Virus record (IMG/VR): IMGVR_UViG_3300011113_000415
Strand: one strand, 5' to 3'
DNA: 64,000 nucleotides
Source of the DNA: a virus
Lineage: Duplodnaviria > Caudoviricetes
Shown here: positions 48,535-55,983 of the stretch, piece by piece
How positions within the stretch are numbered: position 1 is the first letter of the stretch
Layout of the letters: each line of letters starts with the position of its first letter
Made by a program: the position numbers and the translations under genes
The notes under the pieces: generated by a model
What the model was told of the DNA's origin: nothing
The model's input: only the letters and a program-made list of their open reading frames with translations
Database searches by the model: none

Positions 48535-49501
48535 TCAAATAAATGGTGTCAACACAACTTATCAAAATATCGAGAAGTATGCAATTTTGGATGATTATAT
48601 TATCCATACTCTTCATCCCGGGTGCTTCCGCTACATTGATTGTCCTAAATATAACGAAGTCAAACTTGCCATTCCAAGCAAGATGGGACAGAAGATTGAG
48701 GAGATATCTCCGGATTATATACACATCCAAACAGAAGGTCCTCTTGGTCTGTGGGCTAGAAAGTATCTTTCAATATGTGGTTATAGGTACAACACCGCTT
48801 ATCATACTAAGTTTCCTGAAGGGCTAAAGAAACTGTTTGGTATTCCTGAATTGGTGACATGGCCTCTAGTGCGTTGGTTTCACAAACACTCAGGCAAAGT
48901 GTTGACCACAACTGATAGCATGGTAGCGGAATTGCGCTCACATGGATTCCGGGGCGAAATTGTGTCATGGACACGTGGAGTTGATCGTGAGATATTTCGA
49001 CCCGAACTCAGACAAAACTTTCCTGCCAAGTATTTACTGTGCGTAAGTCGTGTGAGCAAGGAAAAAAATCTAGAAGCATTCTTGGACCTGGACTATCCTG
49101 GCTATCAAAAAATCATGGTAGGTGATGGCCCCATGTTGGAAACATATCGCGAACAGTATCCCGATGTCACATTCTCCGGATTCAAAACAGGTACGGAACT
49201 TGCTAGATATTATGCCAATGCTGAAGTATTTGTATTTCCCAGTCAATGGGAAACATTTGGTATTGTCATGATCGAAGCCATGGCCTGCGGAACTCCAGTG
49301 GCTGCTTATCCCGTTCAAGGTCCGGAGGATGTTGTAGATGAAGGCGTGACAGGTTGTTTGAATTCCAATCTCAAGCAGGCAGTTACTGATTGTTTGTTTT
49401 TAAATAGACAACAGGTATGGTCTGGCAGCCAACGTTGGTCATGGCAACGTGCGTGGGAAATATTCAGAGACAACCTAGTTCCAGCAAAGCCACAAAAATA
49501 A
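48494..49501 (+). CDS. Agt-like GT4 glycosyltransferase (putative DAG glycosyltransferase)
   Basis: VTD..PDQINGV, HIQTEGPLG, YHTKFPE, RGVD, RVSKEKNL, ETFGIVMIEAMACGTPV. Confidence 0.75.
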   Translation: MTKKILMVTDNVPDQINGVNTTYQNIEKYAILDDYIIHTLHPGCFRYIDCPKYNEVKLAIPSKMGQKIEEISPDYIHIQTEGPLGLWARKYLSICGYRYNTAYHTKFPEGLKKLFGIPELVTWPLVRWFHKHSGKVLTTTDSMVAELRSHGFRGEIVSWTRGVDREIFRPELRQNFPAKYLLCVSRVSKEKNLEAFLDLDYPGYQKIMVGDGPMLETYREQYPDVTFSGFKTGTELARYYANAEVFVFPSQWETFGIVMIEAMACGTPVAAYPVQGPEDVVDEGVTGCLNSNLKQAVTDCLFLNRQQVWSGSQRWSWQRAWEIFRDNLVPAKPQK

Positions 49502-49555
49502 ATTACTCATATTGTGTGTGCTTTTATTTTTAGCACCCAAGTTTAAATACTGTCT

Positions 49556-49696
49556 ATGAGCAGTATTTTTGAAGAACTGAATGATCTTATAACTAAGTCA
49601 TCAGTAGGCAAGGTATTGGGAGTCACTTTGATGGTCCTTGTTTTCTCTGGAGCCGTTGCTCTTGGTTTTGCCTATTGGATAACCCACAGGCATTGA
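49556..49696 (+). CDS. small membrane peptide (46 aa, not in ORF track)
   Basis: ATG 6 nt after TAAATA; one TM helix. Confidence 0.45.
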   Translation: MSSIFEELNDLITKSSVGKVLGVTLMVLVFSGAVALGFAYWITHRH

Positions 49697-50476
49697 TCAT
49701 CGGCCGGTATAACGTTTGGGTTCTGCTTCATATCTACGTTGTGCTTCAGTCTTGGGAATGATACCAGTGCCCAATTGAGGATACTTTTCGATTCTATCTT
49801 GTATAATAAACGCAAACATCAGACCAATGCTTGCCGCAATAATTATGCCCATTACTCCCCATATGGCATTGGCCCAGATTGCATCTAGTCGACGACGTTT
49901 CCTAACCGCACGAACGTGATCTTGTTGCATTTGCTTGGCCACAAGTAATTTTTGTTGCTTGCCCATGACCTTCATCATCTCTTCCACTTCTGAATGCAAT
50001 GCACCCAGTTCAGGAGGCGATTGATATACCATTATCTCACGCAGTTCAGTGCCCATCTGTTCCAGTTGCTTGCGCATGAGCACACGTTGTAAGGCACGTT
50101 TGCCCAGACTGGCATCACCTTGATAGATTTCGTGTTGGCTGTGCTTTTCTTCTTCTTCAAAGATGGCCATGCACTTGTAGTAGTTGTCATAGTAGGCGCC
50201 CAAGTGCTCACCAAGTTCAGTATAGATACCTGTTGTTTCACCATCACGTTTGTTCAGTTCAATGATGCGATTTTTTTCTTCTACAAATTGTTTCCTGGCT
50301 TCAGGGCTGGGTGTTTTGCCCTTGGCCTCGTATGCGCCATGAAACTGCTCGTCGAGATCCTTGAGCACGGCTTTGACATCTCCGGCAGCACCTTTGATGT
50401 CTTTGTAGAGTTGGCAACCTTTTTTGACAGCAGCCACAGCACCATTGGCCAGGGCAAATAACGTTAACGGATCCAT
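49697..50476 (-). CDS. helical protein with C-terminal TM segment
   Basis: likely start MDPLTLFALANG at 50476; hydrophobic IWGVMGIIIAASIGLMFAFII. Confidence 0.6.
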   Translation of the reverse strand: MDPLTLFALANGAVAAVKKGCQLYKDIKGAAGDVKAVLKDLDEQFHGAYEAKGKTPSPEARKQFVEEKNRIIELNKRDGETTGIYTELGEHLGAYYDNYYKCMAIFEEEEKHSQHEIYQGDASLGKRALQRVLMRKQLEQMGTELREIMVYQSPPELGALHSEVEEMMKVMGKQQKLLVAKQMQQDHVRAVRKRRRLDAIWANAIWGVMGIIIAASIGLMFAFIIQDRIEKYPQLGTGIIPKTEAQRRYEAEPKRYTGR

Positions 50477-50724
50477 TATTTTGCCCCCTTGAGCATGCGC
50501 CACTCCTTACAGATTAAAGTTCTGTTATTGATATCTCCGATCCAGGCTGTTCTAACACATTCAGCCGCGCCTGCAGACAGTTGTACTTGTTTGGGTTTGA
50601 ATTCTTTTGCCACACTTGACTGATTGCCACCGTACAAGGGACTAGATGACACAATCGCAGAACCACATAGTATTAACAATAATACTAGGATTACAGTTCT
50701 GTAGATAGCCCCATATTTTTTCAT
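50476..50724 (-). CDS. small exported protein
   Basis: hydrophobic N-terminus; two further Cys; TAAATA upstream on the minus strand. Confidence 0.5.
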   Translation of the reverse strand: MKKYGAIYRTVILVLLLILCGSAIVSSSPLYGGNQSSVAKEFKPKQVQLSAGAAECVRTAWIGDINNRTLICKEWRMLKGAK

Positions 50725-50812
50725 TGTACTCTGTGCCCTTGTTGATCAGGACTTAAAGTATTTAAACCAATGTTTGTTCTAGATTAAACAGCGGTTAATT
50801 ATTTTGACCAAT

Positions 50813-50832
50813 AAAAAAGCCCCTTGCGGGGC
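50813..50832 (-). terminator. rho-independent terminator
   Basis: GCCCC-loop-GGGGC with a T run on the minus strand. Confidence 0.75.
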
Positions 50833-50836
50833 GGTG

Positions 50837-51157
50837 TTAGTTGGCAGGAGTTTTTTTGACTCTGGGCTTTTTAAGCACAACTGGTTTTTCAACAGGTGCT
50901 TTTCTAGCACGAGGCTTTTTGGGTTTGGCAGGATTGTCTGCATGATTGGCCCATTCTTCAGGGGTCAGCGAGTGAAGGCCAACACAGAATCCTGTTTGGC
51001 TACGCCCACAACCGCATTTGGTCTGGGTACTTGCTTGAGCAGCCACATCTGGTCTGGGGAATGGCCAATTGGTTGTGGACGCCTCAACTTTGTATGGTGC
51101 TTGGGGTGCGGCCTCTTTTGGTCGGCCAAAAAAGAATTCTTTGAACTTGTTAAACAT
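50837..51157 (-). CDS. CDGSH-like iron-sulfur domain protein
   Basis: CGCGRSQTGFCVGLH fits a CxCxxS...CxGxH variant; AAGGAG RBS; TATAAATA at 51181-51174. Confidence 0.6.
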   Translation of the reverse strand: MFNKFKEFFFGRPKEAAPQAPYKVEASTTNWPFPRPDVAAQASTQTKCGCGRSQTGFCVGLHSLTPEEWANHADNPAKPKKPRARKAPVEKPVVLKKPRVKKTPAN

Positions 51158-51246
51158 TGTGTTCTCCTTGAAGTATTTATATTCTAGTGATCGCTCACTA
51201 GTAAAAACCATTGATTTGCACTTGCAATATCATATATAATAGTACA

Positions 51247-51300
51247 TAGGACGCTGGATAGGCCGGGTCCTACAGTAAACTCGCTTTATAGGAGAACATT
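51247..51300 (+). promoter_or_regulatory. structured leader related to the hsp20 leader
   Basis: TAGGAC-G-CTGG-ATAGG-CCGG-GTCCTA then AACTCGCTTTATAGGAGAA. Confidence 0.7.
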
Positions 51301-51576
51301 ATGTTTACAGCAGACGCAATTATCGACACAGTTCAAACTGGTAAAAAAACCATTGTTAACACATTCGTCACAAACGAATCAGTTAAAGAAGCAATGATCA
51401 AGTTCATTGACACACAAGCAGACTATACCAAAAAAGCCACCAAGGTTGGTATGGATACCATGACCACAATTTCAAGCGAATTGGTCAAGCAGATGGAAGC
51501 CGCGGCAAAATTTGATTATGCCAAAGCCGGCCAGGAGTTTTTAAAGCCATTCCAGCCAGCAACTTCTAAAAAGTAA
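51301..51576 (+). CDS. phasin-like amphipathic helical protein
   Basis: 91 aa, all-helical amphipathic pattern, no Cys/Trp; family call is tentative. Confidence 0.4.
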   Translation: MFTADAIIDTVQTGKKTIVNTFVTNESVKEAMIKFIDTQADYTKKATKVGMDTMTTISSELVKQMEAAAKFDYAKAGQEFLKPFQPATSKK

Positions 51577-51590
51577 TACCTTAGTATTAC
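51573..51590. repeat. 18-bp palindromic motif, copy 2
   Basis: GTAATAC-CTTA-GTATTAC; contains the upstream TAA stop. Confidence 0.8.
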
Positions 51591-51597
51591 CATTTGC

Positions 51598-51624
51598 AAG
51601 CCCTGTTCAATGCAGGGCTTTCTC
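51598..51624 (+). terminator. terminator-like hairpin
   Basis: AAGCCCTG-loop-CAGGGCTT followed by TCTC. Confidence 0.7.
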
Positions 51625-51653
51625 TTGACCAATAAAGGTCATTCTGCTATACT
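51625..51653 (+). promoter_or_regulatory. sigma70-type early promoter
   Basis: TTGACC-N17-TATACT. Confidence 0.8.
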
Positions 51654-51659
51654 TGCCAC

Positions 51660-51896
51660 ATGAGATACTTAATACCGTTGATGGTTGTGATAGCAGGCTG
51701 TGCCAATGTTCGCCCACCTGTGGACGTCACGCTCATACCCAATGACTGTGCCAACCAAACTGCTATTGTCAACTGGTTGGAAGAACAAAGTAAAATCTCT
51801 CCTTCAACGTTTTCAGACAAGGATCAATATGCGAGACACCGTGCCTCGATTCGCCAGCGTGTATGGAATATGCGTTATACTTGCAATCCTGTGTAA
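51660..51896 (+). CDS. lipoprotein
   Basis: lipobox IAGC; ATG 6 nt after -10. Confidence 0.7.
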   Translation: MRYLIPLMVVIAGCANVRPPVDVTLIPNDCANQTAIVNWLEEQSKISPSTFSDKDQYARHRASIRQRVWNMRYTCNPV

Positions 51897-52170
51897 TGCA
51901 GGTTGCTCAACTGTACAGCAAACCCCAATGGGATTCCAGGACCTTGACCACTTTAAGATCAATTGCAAGAAAAAAGGTGAACAAATCGCATTCTTACAAA
52001 GTATGCGACCCACTCGAGATGAAAAATTACTTGCAGGGTTCAGTGCTATGTTCCAACCCTGGACCTACATCACAAATCCTTATGAGCATGACAGCAACCG
52101 GGCAGTATCAACAGGAAGATCAGAATGGGTAATAAATCAATTGTTAATGGAACTTCGCGACAACTGCTGA
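51829..52170 (+). CDS. putative lipoprotein (start uncertain)
   Basis: hydrophobic stretch ending NAGC; start either ATG 51829 or GTG 51859. Confidence 0.5.
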   Translation: MRDTVPRFASVYGICVILAILCNAGCSTVQQTPMGFQDLDHFKINCKKKGEQIAFLQSMRPTRDEKLLAGFSAMFQPWTYITNPYEHDSNRAVSTGRSEWVINQLLMELRDNC

Positions 52171-52718
52171 TTGTGAGTTTGTTGGCACCTGTCATGGCCT
52201 TGGCCCAACAGTGTGTGATGCAGACCAAAACAGTTATTCAGAGCCAAGTTCAAATCGAAGAACGTAGTCAAATTACCGCACAGATAGTACCAGTTCCTGG
52301 CGGCGACCAACGATGCATGATCACCATGCGCGGTCGTGTAGGGGCCACGTGGTATACTGGTTTTGGCGATTTTGTTTTTACCAGAACAGGTGTTCCCGAA
52401 CAGGCCTGTGCTTATGCTCGCTCGCGGGCCGAGGCCAGCATTGTGTCACAAGCAGGACCCAAGCAGGTAGCAACAGATAATACTTTGGTTTGCCGGGAAG
52501 ACCCCACACTAGATACAATACGTAAAACGGATCCAGGTACGGTGGCCAAATTGGCACAGTACCGCCCACATCCGGATTACCCGCGAGAATTCCACTACAA
52601 CGGATCACGGTGCCGTTGGTTTTTGGATCCTGCTTGGACCGGACGTGATCTGCGTACAGGACAGGGCATAATTTGTAACCTACAAGAAAACAATTGGGTT
52701 GTGGTTGACAAATTTTAA
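52125..52718 (+). CDS. exported hypothetical protein
   Basis: signal-like LLIVSLLAPVMALA; several Cys pairs. Confidence 0.6.
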   Translation: MGNKSIVNGTSRQLLIVSLLAPVMALAQQCVMQTKTVIQSQVQIEERSQITAQIVPVPGGDQRCMITMRGRVGATWYTGFGDFVFTRTGVPEQACAYARSRAEASIVSQAGPKQVATDNTLVCREDPTLDTIRKTDPGTVAKLAQYRPHPDYPREFHYNGSRCRWFLDPAWTGRDLRTGQGIICNLQENNWVVVDKF

Positions 52719-52733
52719 CAGATCGGTTATACT
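52705..52733 (+). promoter_or_regulatory. sigma70-type promoter
   Basis: TTGACA-N17-TATACT. Confidence 0.75.
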
Positions 52734-52764
52734 ACAAACATCGTTAATCACCAAAGAGGTAGAT

Positions 52765-53514
52765 ATGAAACTTTCAGTAATAGCACTAGCACTTGTTGCC
52801 AGTATCGGAGCCGCCCGGGCTCAAACACAACCGCATCCTTATGCGATGAATCAAGCACCTGTGGTGGCACCACCTGCCGCACCTACCTGGTTCACAAGAC
52901 TGCCTGAGGACACTCCGGACATGATCTTTTCAGCCGCAGTAGGTTCCAGTGTGGACGAACAGATGGCCTATGACAAGGCTCGTATGCAAGCCGAACGCAA
53001 ACTGGTTGAACTCATGAGTTCTAGAGTTCGCAGTAATGTTAAAAGTTACCGCAATGACCGTGGCGACTCCATGCAAGAAAGCACAGAGATCACTATCAAC
53101 AAAACAGCCGATGGCGAGTTGATTGGGGCACAACGTGTGGACAGTCAAGCCACGTTTGACGGTCGTGTGTATCGCGTTTATGTGTTGCTACGCTACCCGC
53201 TGGCACAGAACAACACCTTGCGTAAAGAACGTGAGGGTGCTCAAAGCAAACGTGAAGCAGACTTAAGAGCCGCACGGGCACAACAAGATCTTGAGCGTGA
53301 AACTCAACGTCAGCGTACAGACTCAGAAGCCGCAGATCGTAGACTCCGAGAGGAAATTGGACCACGCTCTGATGCTCCGACATCTGCTACTACAGTAAAC
53401 ACCACTGAAGGGCCGGTAAAGTTGCTGGATGTGGACAATGCTGAGTACAAGCAAAAACGTGCTGACGCACTAGCCAAACCTGGCGCAGTGATTGGACAAA
53501 CAGTCGTCCGATAA
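52765..53514 (+). CDS. exported LPP20-like protein
   Basis: GAGG RBS; signal peptide; AVGSS..AYDKARMQA pattern. Confidence 0.55.
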   Translation: MKLSVIALALVASIGAARAQTQPHPYAMNQAPVVAPPAAPTWFTRLPEDTPDMIFSAAVGSSVDEQMAYDKARMQAERKLVELMSSRVRSNVKSYRNDRGDSMQESTEITINKTADGELIGAQRVDSQATFDGRVYRVYVLLRYPLAQNNTLRKEREGAQSKREADLRAARAQQDLERETQRQRTDSEAADRRLREEIGPRSDAPTSATTVNTTEGPVKLLDVDNAEYKQKRADALAKPGAVIGQTVVR

Positions 53515-53529
53515 ACGGCGTATAAATAG

Positions 53530-53557
53530 AAGCGGTGCCAACAACACCGCTTTTTCT
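53530..53557 (+). terminator. rho-independent terminator overlapping a late promoter start
   Basis: AAGCGGTG-loop-CACCGCTT plus T run; TATAAATA at 53521-53528. Confidence 0.75.
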
Positions 53558-53563
53558 CTTTTG

Positions 53564-54148
53564 ATGAACATGCCCACACAAGAAATCATCACTACTGATA
53601 AAAACCACACTGACTCCCTGGCCGACTCTGGCATGTATGTTTTCATGGGTGACGTGGATGACGAAAACATCCGACCTGTTATCGAGTGGATGTTGTATGA
53701 AAACTATGTGACTAAGAAAAAGAAAAAAGAACTGCTACTAATGATCTGCTCCAGTGGAGGAGACATGGGTGCGGCCTTTGCACTTATTGACGTCATGATG
53801 AGTAGCCAGATCCCTGTGAAAACTGTGGGGCTGGGTACTATTGCGTCAGCAGGCCTACTAATCTTCATAAGTGGCACTCCGGGCCGTAGAGTACTCACGC
53901 CCAATACATCAATCCTAAGCCATCAGTTCTCCTGGTACAACGAAGGTAAGGTGCATGAGTTGTTTGCCACAATGAAAGAGTTTGAACTTACACAGGCTCG
54001 TATGTTGGCACACTATGAATTGTGTACCGGGCTGGGTAGAGAAGAGATACGCAACAATCTACTACCAGCACAGGATGTTTGGTTATCAGCATCAGAGGCA
54101 CTGGCCCTGGGCGTGTGCGATGATATCAGCGTTTTGAATAGAACTTAG
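53564..54148 (+). CDS. clpP: divergent ClpP-like serine protease
   Basis: ICSSGGD, TIASAG (Ser), LSHQ (His), QDVWLSASEAL; start moved to 53564. Confidence 0.8.
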   Translation: MNMPTQEIITTDKNHTDSLADSGMYVFMGDVDDENIRPVIEWMLYENYVTKKKKKELLLMICSSGGDMGAAFALIDVMMSSQIPVKTVGLGTIASAGLLIFISGTPGRRVLTPNTSILSHQFSWYNEGKVHELFATMKEFELTQARMLAHYELCTGLGREEIRNNLLPAQDVWLSASEALALGVCDDISVLNRT

Positions 54149-54321
54149 CCGCCACGTGCGCTTCGTCGGGTGACATTGGCACCACCAAAGCCTTTAGTGT
54201 TTGCTTTGGGACCTTGCTTTTTAGGTGCCCGACCCAGACCAGGATGCAATTCCTGGTTTTTCTTTTTGGCATCCATGGCCATGTTGATAAATGGATTGGA
54301 ACTTTTCTTTGGTTCTGTCAT
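54145..54321 (-). CDS. small basic protein ending RRSARGG (58 aa, not in ORF track)
   Basis: AAGGAG RBS; open frame translated by hand. Confidence 0.6.
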   Translation of the reverse strand: MTEPKKSSNPFINMAMDAKKKNQELHPGLGRAPKKQGPKANTKGFGGANVTRRSARGG

Positions 54322-54330
54322 GTCTACTCC

Positions 54331-55953
54331 TTAGCGTTTTCTTATACCACGACCCAGCACATCCTTGGTCTTCCTGGGTTCTTGTGCCTGTCTAGCGGCC
54401 TTGGCACCTGGGCCAGTCAAACGTTTTTTGTCAGTTTGTGCATCTAATTTGTCGGTGCCGACTCCAGGTCCCATGTAGTCCACAAGTTCTCCGGCTTGAC
54501 TAGGGCCAGGTGCATCTGTTGTAGCCGCCTTCTCAACGTTGTCTATCGCTCGAGGTTCTTTATTGATGTTGAATACCAGTTTACCGCTGGAACTTGAAGT
54601 TGAACTGTAACTCTTTTGTGCTTCCAGCGTGACTTGCGTAAACAACTTGCTGGGCCATATGGTTCTAAAGCCGTCAATCACAAACTCACCGTCTTTGGCT
54701 TTGCTGGCATCAGTGTACATTTGCACAAAGGCCGAGTGATTGAGAATGTCAGCGGCTGCTTCGGAGAAGTTGGTCTTCAAGTTGATTTCGTTGCAGACTT
54801 TGTAGGCAATCGAACTTACCAAGTGATTGAGTGGAACCACCTTTTTAGGATCTTCAGCGGTGCGATCGTGGTACAGTTGTTTGAGATTGTCTGACAACTT
54901 GGTTTTGTTGATATCAAACTTCGCATCACCTGCTGCCTGCTTGAGACTCATCACCTGTGGTATCTCGTCAGCAGTGATAATCCCCAACTGCACGGCCAAA
55001 TCCAGCGGGCCTGAATTGTGATCGCCCCGGTCAATGGTCTTGAGAATCTCAACCACCTCAGGATAATTCTGTGCAAACTCAGGCATGCCGGCGGCTTCAA
55101 GTTCACGCAAGGCAACCAACAAATTCACACTGCTGGCCATGGCACCTTTTGCGCCCTTGCTCGAAAGTTTGATTTGCTTGCCTTCAGGACTGACCAACAA
55201 GGAATCGTATAGGCCACCACTTACATTGGTGTTGAAACTAACAGTGCAACCTGCAAATCCGTTTCGTCCCATGAACAAAGCAGCCGCTTCGCCTGCATTG
55301 CCTTGAACTTTGCCACCATTGATCAGCACACAGGGCTGTAGCATTTCGCAGAAGTAATCGCGGAAACCTTTGAAGTCCATACCTGTACCATCTACTGCTA
55401 CAGGAAATGTAGGTGAGTTCATTATGGTTTTGGCTGCTCTGTATTCAGCACTGTCTGTAGTAAACTTGGCACCAATCTGTGCCAGGATACTTGCAGGTGT
55501 TTGTTTTTTGAGATCGCTCAATACATCACTGGGCTTGTAACCGGCTTTTTCCTTGCTACCTCGAGCATCTGCTTGGCTGAACCCTCCGGGTATGTCTTTG
55601 GTTTGAAAAAATTTGTTAGCATCAAACACAGGTTTGATTTCAGAAGTAAATTTGGCCAGGTATCTTGTGCCCACAGCAGTGTCAAATGCGGCAATACCAA
55701 ATGCTCGTGTGGCGGCAGTGGGTTGATTGACCTTTTCAATTGGGTGGTCAAGTGATTGCTCTGCGGACATCCAAGCATCCATAAAATCGTGAGCATCTTT
55801 ATATTTGCCAACTTTAGGATAAAATGTTAGGGATTTAAACACAATTTTGTCATCGTCGGTGTCTCCTCGAGAGTACACAGCACCGGGTTTTCTACCGCTG
55901 AGTCCACGGCTTTCTGCAATTGAGTCTAGTAAGTTGATTAAATCTCTCATCAT
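54331..55953 (-). CDS. large hypothetical protein, possibly virion-internal
   Basis: MRDLINLL start; YDSLL..IKLSSK resembles a degenerate PD-(D/E)xK; ends LGRGIRKR. Confidence 0.55.
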   Translation of the reverse strand: MMRDLINLLDSIAESRGLSGRKPGAVYSRGDTDDDKIVFKSLTFYPKVGKYKDAHDFMDAWMSAEQSLDHPIEKVNQPTAATRAFGIAAFDTAVGTRYLAKFTSEIKPVFDANKFFQTKDIPGGFSQADARGSKEKAGYKPSDVLSDLKKQTPASILAQIGAKFTTDSAEYRAAKTIMNSPTFPVAVDGTGMDFKGFRDYFCEMLQPCVLINGGKVQGNAGEAAALFMGRNGFAGCTVSFNTNVSGGLYDSLLVSPEGKQIKLSSKGAKGAMASSVNLLVALRELEAAGMPEFAQNYPEVVEILKTIDRGDHNSGPLDLAVQLGIITADEIPQVMSLKQAAGDAKFDINKTKLSDNLKQLYHDRTAEDPKKVVPLNHLVSSIAYKVCNEINLKTNFSEAAADILNHSAFVQMYTDASKAKDGEFVIDGFRTIWPSKLFTQVTLEAQKSYSSTSSSSGKLVFNINKEPRAIDNVEKAATTDAPGPSQAGELVDYMGPGVGTDKLDAQTDKKRLTGPGAKAARQAQEPRKTKDVLGRGIRKR

Positions 55954-55983
55954 GTACTTATCTTCACACTAAGTAAACTCACA

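Noticed and set aside
51660-52170. Spanin pair
   Set aside because: Both appear to be lipoproteins, with no inner-membrane coiled-coil partner; they are under an early promoter and no endolysin is nearby.
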